Assembly: GCA_022340775.1 (NCBI GenBank)
Contig: JAJDNH010000166.1
Coordinates: 1-60,532, forward strand
DNA length: 60,532 bases
Source of the DNA: Acidobacteriota bacterium
GTDB lineage: Bacteria; Acidobacteriota; Thermoanaerobaculia; Thermoanaerobaculales; Sulfomarinibacteraceae
Direction of reading: 5' to 3'
Of this stretch, positions 1 to 9,628 are shown one piece after another. Each line of letters begins with the position of its first letter. Positions within the stretch are counted from its first letter, which is position 1. Below the pieces are notes generated by a model. It was not told the DNA's origin and did not search any database. It worked only from the letters and a program-made list of their open reading frames with translations. Position numbers and translations under genes: made by a program.

Positions 1-71
1 GTCGCGCGGGGGTTCCGTATCACTCCTATGAGGGCTTCCCAGTGCTTCGGCTCCTCAAGCTGGGGGTGGAG

Positions 72-435
72 ATGAAGAGGAAACACCTGTTTGTTTTCTA
101 CTGCTCGCTGCTCGTGCCCATGAGTGTCCTAGCCCACATCATTCACTCGCAATCTACTGCGACCGGCGATACGCCAGCCACCGCCGTGCTCTTCGCGTCT
201 CGGTGTCCTCAACATACCGTCAAGTATGCCTGCGGCACCTCGATGCTCAGAACCCAGCGCTGACAAGCGTCTCGCCGGTCTCGCTACGATCGCTCATGAA
301 TAATGCGGGCCAGCCGGCATCGGAGCGGGGCGCGCCACCGGCCTGCCTGCGCTCGGCGTGCTTCTCGGCATAGCCATCGGTATTGAGGTCTCCTACCTTC
401 TGTTGCGCTTCACCTCCCCCGGCGACACCCCGTAG
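72..435 (+). pseudogene. Small two-TM membrane protein gene (60 aa when reconstructed) interrupted by a MITE-like element
   Basis: Deleting 133-313 joins 72-132 to 314-435 in frame: MKRKHLFVFYCSLLVPMSVLAGIGAGRATGLPALGVLLGIAIGIEVSYLLLRFTSPGDTP*; G-rich RBS-like sequence before ATG72. Confidence 0.7.
129..313 (+). mobile_element. ~185-bp palindromic MITE-like element, copy 1
   Basis: Imperfect terminal inverted repeats CTAGCCCACATCATTCA / TGAATAATGCGGGCCAG; central CATAC..GTATG hairpin; homologous to 41066-41251 and 54536-54718. Confidence 0.85.
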
Positions 436-605
436 CCCCGACCGGGCCTCACCTGGGCCAGGGCTGCAGCGCCTCCCCGCCCTTGCTACAGTTGCTGTGC
501 AGGAAACCTGGACCGAATGAGCGAGCACAAGAACGAACCCGACCGGTGCTCGAAACGGCAGGGAGCGGAACCGCCCGAGCCGGAGGGCCTCGTGAGGCGA
601 GCGGA

Positions 606-1880
606 ATGAGAGCCGATTCAAGACATGAAACGGTTTCCTCCGGCCTGCCTCCCCGGCGAGCGGGGTTGAGCACCCGATCCATTGCCGCGGTCATCCTCTT
701 CCTGGGCCTCGTCTACGTCGGGGTCGTGTTCGGCTTCGGATACGGGGGCCATGTGAGCGAGACGATGCTCTCGCTGCAGGACGCCCGGCAGTACCAGGCC
801 GTCGCCGACTGGCTCGTGAACGAGCAGCCGACACGGGCGACGCTCATCCGACCGCTCCTCTACCCCGTCGTGCTCGCCCTGATCGAGCCTGCCGCAGGAA
901 TCCGCGGCGTCTGGATCGTGCAGGCTCTGTTCTGGCTCGCGGGCGGGTTGCTGCTCTTCAGCGCGCTCCGGACCTTCACGCAGCGGACGGGGGCGGCCGT
1001 CGTCGGGTTGCTGCTCTACGCCACCAACCTGACCCTGGTCCTGCTCACTCTGCATGCGATGCCCGAGACACTCGTCACCTTCGGACTCACGGCCTACGTC
1101 TGGGTGGTCGCCGCCCGCCGCCGCCTCGGGACCGACCGCGCGCTCCTGATCCTGCTCGCGCTGTCGGCGGTCCTGGCCGCGACCAAGCCCTCGTACGTCG
1201 GCCTGTTCCTCGTCATCGCCGCCATCGAGGTCGTACGTCTCGTCCGGCTGTCCTCGTCGCGCGCCACACGTGCGGCCTGGATCGTGGCGGCCTGTCTCCC
1301 GGTGCTCCTCCAGCTCGGGATCATGGGGATCCGCCACGGTGTGCTCGGCCTGTCGACGATCGGCGGGGCGGCGGTCCGGCGCTACTCGGGGGCCGAGCTC
1401 TACCGTGAGCTCCACGGCGGGTCGCTCGGCGAAGCGCGAGCGCAGGTCGAGCCGATGAGCAGCGGGCAGCTGGCGAGCATGGCTCTCGATGCGCCGGGCA
1501 CGACCGTCCGCGTCTGGCTGCGGCTGGTGCGCGAGAACATCAGTGCAAGGTCCCCGGTCACGGACATCCCGGCAGGTCATCCCGCCCTTTCCGGGCTCAT
1601 GCAGAGGATCAACGCGGGCTACCTCGTCCTGCACCTGGTCATGATCCTCCCGACCCTCGCCCTGCTGGCCATCCTCGTCAGACGACGGCGCGTCCAGGAG
1701 CTGACCCGGCTCGCGCTGCTCGCCGTTCCGGTCGTCTGCGTGATGGCGACCGCGGGCCTGACCTTCATGCAGGGGGACCGGATCGTGCTGCCGTCTTTGC
1801 CGGTGTGGATCAGCCTCTACGCCGTGGTCCTCGCCTCCTGGTGGAGAATGTTCTCGCGCAGAGGCGACTCGAGCCGGTAG
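606..1880 (+). CDS. Multi-pass membrane protein, GT-C (ArnT/PMT-like) glycosyltransferase-like; start uncertain
   Basis: Many TM segments; D-x-x-x-Y loop, RPLLYP, PETL, TKP and C-terminal DR motifs typical of GT-C folds. Confidence 0.6.
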   Translation: MRADSRHETVSSGLPPRRAGLSTRSIAAVILFLGLVYVGVVFGFGYGGHVSETMLSLQDARQYQAVADWLVNEQPTRATLIRPLLYPVVLALIEPAAGIRGVWIVQALFWLAGGLLLFSALRTFTQRTGAAVVGLLLYATNLTLVLLTLHAMPETLVTFGLTAYVWVVAARRRLGTDRALLILLALSAVLAATKPSYVGLFLVIAAIEVVRLVRLSSSRATRAAWIVAACLPVLLQLGIMGIRHGVLGLSTIGGAAVRRYSGAELYRELHGGSLGEARAQVEPMSSGQLASMALDAPGTTVRVWLRLVRENISARSPVTDIPAGHPALSGLMQRINAGYLVLHLVMILPTLALLAILVRRRRVQELTRLALLAVPVVCVMATAGLTFMQGDRIVLPSLPVWISLYAVVLASWWRMFSRRGDSSR

Positions 1881-1912
1881 CAGCCCACCCGCGCAGCAAG
1901 GTGGGAATAGTG

Positions 1913-1938
1913 AGGGACCGGGGCGAGCCCCGGTCCCT
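1913..1938. terminator. GC hairpin between convergent genes
   Basis: AGGGACCGGGGC-GA-GCCCCGGTCCCT perfect inverted repeat. Confidence 0.7.
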
Positions 1939-1964
1939 GTTGCGATCTCGAAAGGTGCGGGCGC

Positions 1965-4244
1965 TCACTCCTTCGCGGGCTGGTTCTTCTGGAGGTCCCT
2001 GGCCTGCCGGATCATGTCGCCCAGCTCCTGCACCCGCGGGTCGCCGGCCAGGTGGCCCCGCAGCCGATCCAGGTGGCTCAACACCTCGCCGAGGGTATCG
2101 TGCTTGGCCCAGAAGGAGTGCTTGAGGATCTCCGCGAACTCGCCGACCACGGACGCGAGCTGCAACCGGGACGAAGCGTCGTCCCAGCTGCGCGCCAGGT
2201 CACGGGCCCGCAGGCGGCGCTCGATCTCGACGAAGTCCTCACGGCCCGTGGGCCGATAGCGCAGCCGCAGAGTCGCCACCAGGCGGTGACCCGGGATGCG
2301 CGGCTTCAGCTTGACCTCGTACAGCGCGGTCACGGTCTGCCCGGCGCCGACCTCGCCGGCGTCCACGGTCGGGTCGCGGAACCTGTTGTCGGCGATGTCG
2401 CGGTTCTCGTAGCCGAGCAGGCGCCAGCGCTCGACCGTCTTGGGGTCGAACTCGACCTGGGAGCGCGCGTCGTGGGCGATGGTCAGGAGGGTCCCAGTCA
2501 GCTCCTCGACGAAGATCCGGTGGGCCTCCTCGAAGTCGTCGACGTAGGCGTAGCGACCGTCGCCGGTGTCGGCCAGGCGCTCCATGAGGGTGTCGTTGTA
2601 GTTGCCCATGCCGAAGCCAACGGTGGTCAGCTCGACGCCCTTGGCGGCGTCCTGACGGATCCGCTCGAGGATGGAGTCGGCGCTCGTATTCCCCACGTTT
2701 GCCACGCCGTCGGAGCACAGAATGACGCGGACGATCGACTTCCGGGATGCCTCGCTCTCTTCGGAGCCGTCGCGGTACTGCTCCGCCATCCGGTAGGCCA
2801 GGACCAGCCCCTGCTCGGCGTTGGTCGAGCCGCCGGGCCGGAGGCGGTCGATGGCCTGCCGGATCGCCTCGTGATCGTGTGTCGGCTCGAGCAGCACCCG
2901 CCCCTGGGAGCCGTACACCACCAGGCCGACCCGATCGTCGGGGCGGAGCTGGTCGAGCAGGGCCTCGAGGGCGCGCTTGACCAGCCCGAGGCGGTTCTCG
3001 CGGGCCATCGAGCCCGACACGTCAACGGTGAAGATCAGCAGGGCGGGCGGGCGGGCGGAGGCGTCGACCTCGCGTGCGGCGATGCCGAAGCGCAGGATGT
3101 AGGAGCGCTCCCGGTCGCCGAACGGGTCGGGGGCGCCCTCGGCGGACAGGCGGAAGTCGTTGCGGCGCGGCGCCGGGTCGCCGTAATCGAAGGCGTTGAT
3201 GAACTCCTCGACGCGGATCGCCGAGGGCGGCGGCAGGTGGCCGTCGTGCAGGTAGCGGCGCGTGATGGTGTAGGAGCCCGTGTCGACGTCGAGGCCGAAG
3301 GTTGAGAGACGGTCGTCCTCGGTGTCGACGAACGGGTTGACGCCCGCGGAGCTGAAGAAGACATCGCCGTACGGCTGGTCGTTGGGCTCGGTGGTGCCGC
3401 CGGTGGAGGGCGGTACGGGCTGAGCGTTTCCGACTGCAACCTCGGAGTAGAAGGCGGGCTGCCCTTTTGCTTTCTCTTGGGGCACCGTCTGGGGGCTCAG
3501 CGTCGCGAGAGTAGGAGGTGTCGGCACCACGCCGGACACCACGACCTCTTCTTTGAACGCCGACTTCAGGGTCACGTCGACGCTCTCGTTCTTCTTCCCC
3601 ACCTCGAGGTCGCGGCGCTGCACGGTCTGGTAGCCCGGCAAGGAGACGTCCGCCCGGTAGCGGCCCGGCTCGAGGTTGTTGACGCTCACCTTGCCCTCGG
3701 CGTCGGTCATCTTGGACTGCTCCTTCGGCATCTCCGGGGAGGAAAGGACGACGGTCGCACCGGGCAGAGGCCTCTTCCCCACGTCGCTCACTTGCAGGGT
3801 CAGGCCGCCGACTGCCTTGGAGGTTGCTGCCGGCGTCGACCGCGCGGGCTTGACCGGCTCTACGTCTGCTGTCTCATGGCCCTGTCCGACCGGCACTCGC
3901 GAAGCCGTCGGAGTGTCAGCGGGCTGTGCGGACCCTGCCTCCTGAGGAGTCGGTACGGGCGCCGGCAGCTGCTGCGGGCGCACATGGATCGGCCTCAGGG
4001 TCTTCTCACCGGGACCCGTCGGGCCCATCTTCCAGGTCACGACGCCGGTCAGGGCGAGCAGGAGGACGGCGGCGGCCGCCGCCCACCACTGGTAGCGTAT
4101 GCCCCGGCGGGGGCGGAAGGCGCCGTTCTTGTCGGCGTCCAGGTCTTCGGGGATCTCCTCGATGATCCGCTTTGTGAGCCCTTCCGGGGGCTCGGGCACG
4201 GAGATGTCTCGGAGCCGGCGCTCGATGTCGTCGGTGCGTTTCAT
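1965..4244 (-). CDS. YfbK-like VWA-domain protein with N-terminal anti-sigma-like segment, TM helix, carboxypeptidase-regulatory-like Ig domain and DUF3520-like C-terminus
   Basis: STFGLDVDTGSY..VRVEEFIN-type motif, MIDAS DVSGSM, LCSDG, RLLGYENR; ATG4244 overlaps the sigma stop (ATGA). Confidence 0.85.
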   Translation of the reverse strand: MKRTDDIERRLRDISVPEPPEGLTKRIIEEIPEDLDADKNGAFRPRRGIRYQWWAAAAAVLLLALTGVVTWKMGPTGPGEKTLRPIHVRPQQLPAPVPTPQEAGSAQPADTPTASRVPVGQGHETADVEPVKPARSTPAATSKAVGGLTLQVSDVGKRPLPGATVVLSSPEMPKEQSKMTDAEGKVSVNNLEPGRYRADVSLPGYQTVQRRDLEVGKKNESVDVTLKSAFKEEVVVSGVVPTPPTLATLSPQTVPQEKAKGQPAFYSEVAVGNAQPVPPSTGGTTEPNDQPYGDVFFSSAGVNPFVDTEDDRLSTFGLDVDTGSYTITRRYLHDGHLPPPSAIRVEEFINAFDYGDPAPRRNDFRLSAEGAPDPFGDRERSYILRFGIAAREVDASARPPALLIFTVDVSGSMARENRLGLVKRALEALLDQLRPDDRVGLVVYGSQGRVLLEPTHDHEAIRQAIDRLRPGGSTNAEQGLVLAYRMAEQYRDGSEESEASRKSIVRVILCSDGVANVGNTSADSILERIRQDAAKGVELTTVGFGMGNYNDTLMERLADTGDGRYAYVDDFEEAHRIFVEELTGTLLTIAHDARSQVEFDPKTVERWRLLGYENRDIADNRFRDPTVDAGEVGAGQTVTALYEVKLKPRIPGHRLVATLRLRYRPTGREDFVEIERRLRARDLARSWDDASSRLQLASVVGEFAEILKHSFWAKHDTLGEVLSHLDRLRGHLAGDPRVQELGDMIRQARDLQKNQPAKE

Positions 4245-4852
4245 GATTTCACCTCCAGCGTGTCCCTGAGGATCGCCAGAGCCTTTCGCAGCCTCTTGCG
4301 CAACGCCTGCTCGGAGATTCCTTCCGCCGCCGACAGCTCCCGGACCGGCACCTCGCCCCAGAAGCGTGCGGCGACGAGCCGCCGGTGGGGATCGGGGAGG
4401 CCGAGAACCGCCCGCATGAGCCTCTCGTCCTGCTGGGCGCGCTCGGTCAGCGCCTCGGCGTCCGGATCCTCGCTGCGGACCCGGGCGGCGAGCCCATCCT
4501 CCATCGGCACCACCGGCCGCGGCCGCCGCCGGTGGTTGAGCCAGGTGGTGTAGGCGATGCGGAACGCCCAGGTGGAGAAGGCACTGCGGCCGTCGAAGCT
4601 CGGCAGGGCGGCCCACGCCTTGCGGTACGTCTCCTGGGTCAGGTCCGCGGCCACCTCCTCCTCGCCGCCGGTGAGGCGGAAGAGGAGTGCCCAGATCCGG
4701 CGGTAGGTGTGACGAACCAGCTCCTCGGCGGCGCCCCGGTTTCCGTTGCGCAGGCTCGCCAGAAGAACGTGTTCGTCCGCCTGCCCGGGTGGTGCGCCGG
4801 CGGCCGGTTGATCCAAGGGCGGCGATTGGGTCATGATGGCTGCGATCCTCAT
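4241..4852 (-). CDS. ECF RNA polymerase sigma-70 factor
   Basis: Region 2 AADLTQETYRKAW..FDGRSAFSTWAFRIAY; region 4 HTH. Confidence 0.9.
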   Translation of the reverse strand: MRIAAIMTQSPPLDQPAAGAPPGQADEHVLLASLRNGNRGAAEELVRHTYRRIWALLFRLTGGEEEVAADLTQETYRKAWAALPSFDGRSAFSTWAFRIAYTTWLNHRRRPRPVVPMEDGLAARVRSEDPDAEALTERAQQDERLMRAVLGLPDPHRRLVAARFWGEVPVRELSAAEGISEQALRKRLRKALAILRDTLEVKS

Positions 4853-4948
4853 GGTACCTCTTTGGACACCGGTCAGGCGAAAAGCGAAACCTGCAAAGGT
4901 CGCAGCCTGCCTCAGCCGCGGGCTCGGCAGAGCTGCAGGTGAGCCCTG

Positions 4949-5509
4949 ATGCTATGGGCGCTGCTCACTATCATCGGTCTGCTGACCCTGCCAATCGGAC
5001 GGGCGCAGATCTACCGCCTGCAGGGCAACAAGCTCAAAGTTCGGAGGCGAGCCGGTCCTGAGAACGCGATCTCGTTGGAGACGGATGTGGGCATCTTCAG
5101 CCTTAGCCCGAGCAAGAGAACGTTGTCATGGCGCGATGGCAACGGCATCACTCACGTGGTGCCGTTCGACCGCATCAGGAGAATCCGTCTCGACGCCGTC
5201 AACCGGGAGGACCTGATCACGGAGATCGGGCTGGGCTTCGAGCCCTGGGACCTGTTCGAGAGCTCCAAGGACGCGACCGAGTGGTGGACGGTCCTGCTCG
5301 AGCTCGACGACTTCGCCGAGGTGCCGCTGTTTCGCGTGGGTCAGTATCAGCACAGGGAGCTCCCCTACCAGTGGCTCATCGACCTCGAGAAGGCCGTCCT
5401 GGTCACGCTCGGGGCGATGAAGTACGTGGACGAGCGCGCGAGGCACGTCCGCTGGCAGATCAGGGACCTCTTCGCCGAGGCCGGCAAGTCGGACCTGATC
5501 GACGCCTAG
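4949..5509 (+). CDS. Hypothetical protein with N-terminal hydrophobic anchor
   Basis: 186-aa ORF with coding-like codon usage between two minus-strand genes. Confidence 0.6.
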   Translation: MLWALLTIIGLLTLPIGRAQIYRLQGNKLKVRRRAGPENAISLETDVGIFSLSPSKRTLSWRDGNGITHVVPFDRIRRIRLDAVNREDLITEIGLGFEPWDLFESSKDATEWWTVLLELDDFAEVPLFRVGQYQHRELPYQWLIDLEKAVLVTLGAMKYVDERARHVRWQIRDLFAEAGKSDLIDA

Positions 5510-5588
5510 GAACGGGTGCCGAACCTCTCTCCGGCAGCTCCTTCAGCCACCTCCCGTCCGTGGAGGGCGCCGTCTGCGGTACCCGCTC

Positions 5589-8099
5589 CTAGGGCGCCAC
5601 GGGCGCGACGTAGGTCGGGTCGCCGGTGGACTCGTCGATGACCGAGGCGTAGGTCGTCCAGTGCGTGGGACAGCCGCTGGTCAACCTGACGCGGATCCAG
5701 GCGCCGTTGATGACCGTGGACCCGAGACCCATGTCGGCGAAGATGTCGGTGATCTGGTCGAAGGCGCCCGAGCGGGTGTAGCTCTTGGTCGCCAGCAGCG
5801 TGCCTCCGCTGCTGTAGATGCTGACCTCAACGGTGAAGGAGCCCGAGGACGCCTGAACCAGGCCGAGGTTGGTGTGGTACTGGCCGGGGCCCGAGTGCAC
5901 CATGGGCAAGATGAGCTCGCTGGCGCAGCTCGAGCCGATCGGCTCGGCGGCGATCCCCTGACCGTACCGGCCGACCCCCGTCACGTCGTTGTAGGTCCGG
6001 GTGGTCACCACCGGTCCCGGCGAGTCGGCCACCACGTACATCATCCCGCTGGTCGGGCGAAGACCGGAGAGCGGATCGTCCATGAACCAGCCCTGGTTGG
6101 GGGACAGACTGATCGGACCGGCCAGCAGGACGCCCGGCCAGGAGGCTCCCTTGGCAACGTAGTAGACGTTGACGGTGTGGGTGCTGCTGTCGGGGTTGAC
6201 GACGGAGACCTGGGTCTTCCAGTTCGCGTGGTTGAGGCCGGTGAGCGACGCGACGGCGGCGATCAGCCAGTTGGTGACGCCGCCTCCACCGCCTCCGCTG
6301 CCGATGGTGATCTGGGCCACGCAGTAGTTGTCCGCCTCGCTGGTCTCGGGGACCTGGTTGCCGACGTCCGCCATGAAGCCGAGGTAGTAGACGCCGTCGG
6401 AAAGCCCGCTCAGTGGAACGGTCACGCTCTGGGTACCGCTGTCATAGCCGGCCGCCCAGCCTCCGGGCACGTCGAGGCCGCTGATCAGCTGGTCCGATCC
6501 GTCGAAGGTCTGGTCGGCGGAAACGAAGGTGCCCCACGAGAAGTAGGCCGCACCGGTGGCGCCGGTGTTCTGGGCGCGGTAGCTCAGCTGGACCGAATCG
6601 CTCGAGCTGGCATGGTCGGGAGTGACCGAGCACCCGGTGACCTTGAGGTTGGGCTTGGAGGAGCTGCCGACGACGGTGATCTGGTGGGCAGCCGTGTTGT
6701 TGCCTTCGTTGGTCTCGCTGACGGCGCCGCCGTTGTCGAGGAGAACGCCGACCCAGTAGGTTCCGGGCGCCACGCTCGCGGGGATGTTGACCTGGCGGGA
6801 GAAGATCCGGGCGCCGAACTGGTCTCCCGCTGAAAGGGTGCTCGACTCGGGAACGGTCTGCAGGAGCGTGTCGGAGGTGCTGATCCCGGCGTCGCTGGAG
6901 AGGTAGACGCCGGTGCTGAAAGCCGACCCGACGGAGCCGCTGCCACCGACGTGGGCCTCGTAGTAGTACCCGAGCTGTCCACCCACGGCCACGGTGTCGA
7001 AATCGCTGTCGACGCTGTCGGCCACCAGGTCGACAGTCCCGGTGCCTCCGCCGCCGGTGTTGTAGTAGAGGGTGATGGTCCACTGATCCAGGTAGGCATA
7101 CTCGGCGCCATAGAGGTTGCAGACGCCGAGCACGTAGTCGAAGTTGACCGGGAAGCCCGCCCAGTCCGGGAGGCCGGTCAGCGACCTGGTGTGCCAGTTG
7201 TGGCCCGAGTAGGTGCCGTTGTAGAGCGAGACCGTGCTGAGCCACAAGCTCCCCAAGCTGCGCGCCACCGATGACTTGTAGCGCGAGGTGTCGACCGAGT
7301 GGTAGACGGTGTAGCTGACGTCGAAGGTGGTGATGACGGCATCGGAGGGGGCGCTGGTCACCTGGAGGATCAGGCCGATCCACGACTCGCACACGTAGTT
7401 GGTGAAGACAACGTCGTAGGTGGTTGACGTTGAGACCTGTCCGCTCGCCAGCTCGGCCGACAGCGAGCTGGCCTGGATGAACGGCTCTTGGCGAACGGTC
7501 CAGGGGAGGATGGCGGGGAGGCGCGGGTCCGACTGCCGCAGCAGGAGCCGGCCCTGCTCGTCCCGCAGAACGGTCGCCCAGCGCTCCTCGGCGCCGGGGG
7601 CGAGGGTCAAACGGATCATCTTCTGGAGACGCGCGGCGCCGGCCGGGATCACGCGCGCCCCGTCAGCGCCGGCCACCAGCCACCAGTTGGCCTGCAGCTC
7701 GTCGCCGGTCTCGGGATCCGTCGCGAAGCTCGAGAGGACCCCACGATCTCCCGGCGCCAGCCCGCTCACATCCAGGGTCAGAGAGGTCGAGCCGGCGTTG
7801 GAAGCCCGGAGGACCCACCGCTCCGTGGCGTCCAGCGTAGCTCCCTGGGAGCGGGTCCACTCGTGTTCGAGACCGTTGGCCTCGCCCAGGCCCGCAGGCA
7901 GGGTCAGCTCGATGCGGTCGGCAGGCCGGAGCCGCCCGACGCTCACCGAAATGGACGAGGTGCCCGGGACTGGAGCGGCTGCCAGCTCCGGAAGGTGCAG
8001 CGGTGGCCGAGCCGAGTCGGCGGCCAGGCCGACCCCCACTATAAGCCACAAGGCACAGCCTGCAAGAGCGACGATGGGACGCGAGGGACCTCTTTCCAT
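5589..8099 (-). CDS. Secreted protein with two CARDB-like Ig domains and a C-terminal uncharacterised two-part module
   Basis: Signal peptide; CARDB motifs PGTYWVGVLLD..VSETNEGNN and GVYYLGFMADVGNQVPETSEADN; C-terminal ..YASVIDESTGDPTYV. Confidence 0.8.
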   Translation of the reverse strand: MERGPSRPIVALAGCALWLIVGVGLAADSARPPLHLPELAAAPVPGTSSISVSVGRLRPADRIELTLPAGLGEANGLEHEWTRSQGATLDATERWVLRASNAGSTSLTLDVSGLAPGDRGVLSSFATDPETGDELQANWWLVAGADGARVIPAGAARLQKMIRLTLAPGAEERWATVLRDEQGRLLLRQSDPRLPAILPWTVRQEPFIQASSLSAELASGQVSTSTTYDVVFTNYVCESWIGLILQVTSAPSDAVITTFDVSYTVYHSVDTSRYKSSVARSLGSLWLSTVSLYNGTYSGHNWHTRSLTGLPDWAGFPVNFDYVLGVCNLYGAEYAYLDQWTITLYYNTGGGGTGTVDLVADSVDSDFDTVAVGGQLGYYYEAHVGGSGSVGSAFSTGVYLSSDAGISTSDTLLQTVPESSTLSAGDQFGARIFSRQVNIPASVAPGTYWVGVLLDNGGAVSETNEGNNTAAHQITVVGSSSKPNLKVTGCSVTPDHASSSDSVQLSYRAQNTGATGAAYFSWGTFVSADQTFDGSDQLISGLDVPGGWAAGYDSGTQSVTVPLSGLSDGVYYLGFMADVGNQVPETSEADNYCVAQITIGSGGGGGGVTNWLIAAVASLTGLNHANWKTQVSVVNPDSSTHTVNVYYVAKGASWPGVLLAGPISLSPNQGWFMDDPLSGLRPTSGMMYVVADSPGPVVTTRTYNDVTGVGRYGQGIAAEPIGSSCASELILPMVHSGPGQYHTNLGLVQASSGSFTVEVSIYSSGGTLLATKSYTRSGAFDQITDIFADMGLGSTVINGAWIRVRLTSGCPTHWTTYASVIDESTGDPTYVAPVAP

Positions 8100-8325
8100 G
8101 GTGCTCGACCTCCGTGTTGGAACTGTGGAATCAGTATCGCGCCGTCAGCCTGCCTTGGCAAGCAGCTCCCCGCGAGCGGTTCTATCGCGCCGGTACCGAG
8201 TCTCCGTGGATGGCACCCTGCGGTACCCGTCCCGACCGCCCTTTCGGTCGGCGACGCAAAGTGATACCCTGTCTCAAACAATGGAGAAAGCCGAACGTAC
8301 CCAAACCACAGGAGCCGGAGGAGCC

Positions 8326-9516
8326 GTGCAGCGCACCGTCCAACAGAATGTCAGTCGGCCCGGAAGAAACGGAGAGGCCCTCCAGATCGAGTCCGAGGGT
8401 TCGCCGGCTCGGGCACCCCGGTTGAGCGCCGCAGCTTTGGCCGTTGCGTTCATGGTAATGACAGCCGGAGCCTTCGCCGGACAGGTCAACCACAAGGAGG
8501 GCGCGCGCGAGGCCGCCAAGGCGGCCCTGGAGCGGAGCGTCCGGAGCATCCTGGAGCCCGCGCTGCGAAAAAGCGCCGGGGTCGGTTTTCGCAGCTTCCA
8601 ATGCGAGCTCCCGGGCCAGCTGGGTGCCGGGAACCGCTTCCAGTGCGAGGGCATCGACGAGGACGGCGACTGGCTCGGCTACTCGATCCGAATCGAGGAG
8701 GACCGCTCCGCGACCGTGGTGCTGGCCTCCGAGCGGGCGTCCGCGCTCGACGCCGAGACAAGGGCGACCCTCGAGGCACCCTGCCGGAGGTTTCTCGACC
8801 GCTACCAGGCCCGCGACTGGGCCGCCCTGGACGCTGATCTGCATCCTGCGCTGAAGGCGGAGAAGACCTACGCGTCCGCCAGCTCGGACCTGCGCGAGGT
8901 ACGAGAGCTGTTCGGCGGGATCCGCTCGGATCGGCTGGAGGTTCACGCCGTCGACGAGTCCAGCCGCAACCAGCTCGTGTACACGCTCGACTGCAAACGC
9001 GGACGTCTGTCCGCGCGGTTCGGGCTCGAGCAGGACGACCACGGGATGTGGCGCGTCATCGCCTTCCTGGTCTCGGCGCTCCCCGGCTCGCGCGAGCAGG
9101 CGATGCTGCTCGAGAAGGCCGGGCGCAAGAGCTTGGCGGAGACGATCGGCGCGCCGGTAGCCGGACTGAACGCCCCGCTGGAACGGCTCATGCGGCCCGG
9201 AGACGCGGTCGAAGGCGTGGTCGAGCTCGAGGATGGCAAACGGATGCCCGTCCGCATCGCGCAGACCGGCTGGAAGGACGACTTCGACCCGGTGGACTAC
9301 AGGTTCTCGATCCTCGACGTGACGTGGCTGGTGCGCCGTGCTCTCGCGCACCGGCTGCCGGCGCCGATCACGGTTCGGTGCAACGACGCGGTGGTGCCGG
9401 ATGGTGGCGAGACCGGTTGCACGGCAACCGGAGCGGATGGCACGCGCCTCGATTTGGAGGTTACCCGTTCTGGAGGCGCACACCGGATGCACCGACGTGC
9501 GCCGCAGGGCGGCTGA
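8326..9516 (+). CDS. Secreted hypothetical protein, DUF4333-like Cys-pair domains flanking a DUF3887/NTF2-like domain; start uncertain
   Basis: GGAGGAG RBS before GTG8326; FQC..FQC and VRC..TGC Cys pairs; hydrophobic signal segment. Confidence 0.55.
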   Translation: MQRTVQQNVSRPGRNGEALQIESEGSPARAPRLSAAALAVAFMVMTAGAFAGQVNHKEGAREAAKAALERSVRSILEPALRKSAGVGFRSFQCELPGQLGAGNRFQCEGIDEDGDWLGYSIRIEEDRSATVVLASERASALDAETRATLEAPCRRFLDRYQARDWAALDADLHPALKAEKTYASASSDLREVRELFGGIRSDRLEVHAVDESSRNQLVYTLDCKRGRLSARFGLEQDDHGMWRVIAFLVSALPGSREQAMLLEKAGRKSLAETIGAPVAGLNAPLERLMRPGDAVEGVVELEDGKRMPVRIAQTGWKDDFDPVDYRFSILDVTWLVRRALAHRLPAPITVRCNDAVVPDGGETGCTATGADGTRLDLEVTRSGGAHRMHRRAPQGG

Positions 9517-9628
9517 GGCACGCCGGCGCCCCCGGCCGTGGGGAACCTCCGGGGAACACGCGCGGCCATGGTCCTGTTGCGAGGAAAGATCGTCCTGTGA
9601 GGACGAGACATGCGACCTGGAGGACCCC

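Noticed and set aside
42-263. 73-aa ORF, and ORF extensions 247-621, 40934-41194 and 54272-54655 that share peptide similarity
   Set aside because: The similarity comes from reading through the non-coding MITE; not a protein family
4245-4616. Long N-terminal extensions in the ORF track (also on 7420-9516, 31941-34472, 33959-36217, 41248-43233, 54715-56490, 54766-56844)
   Set aside because: They overlap neighbouring real genes; downstream starts with an RBS or coupled stop-start fit better
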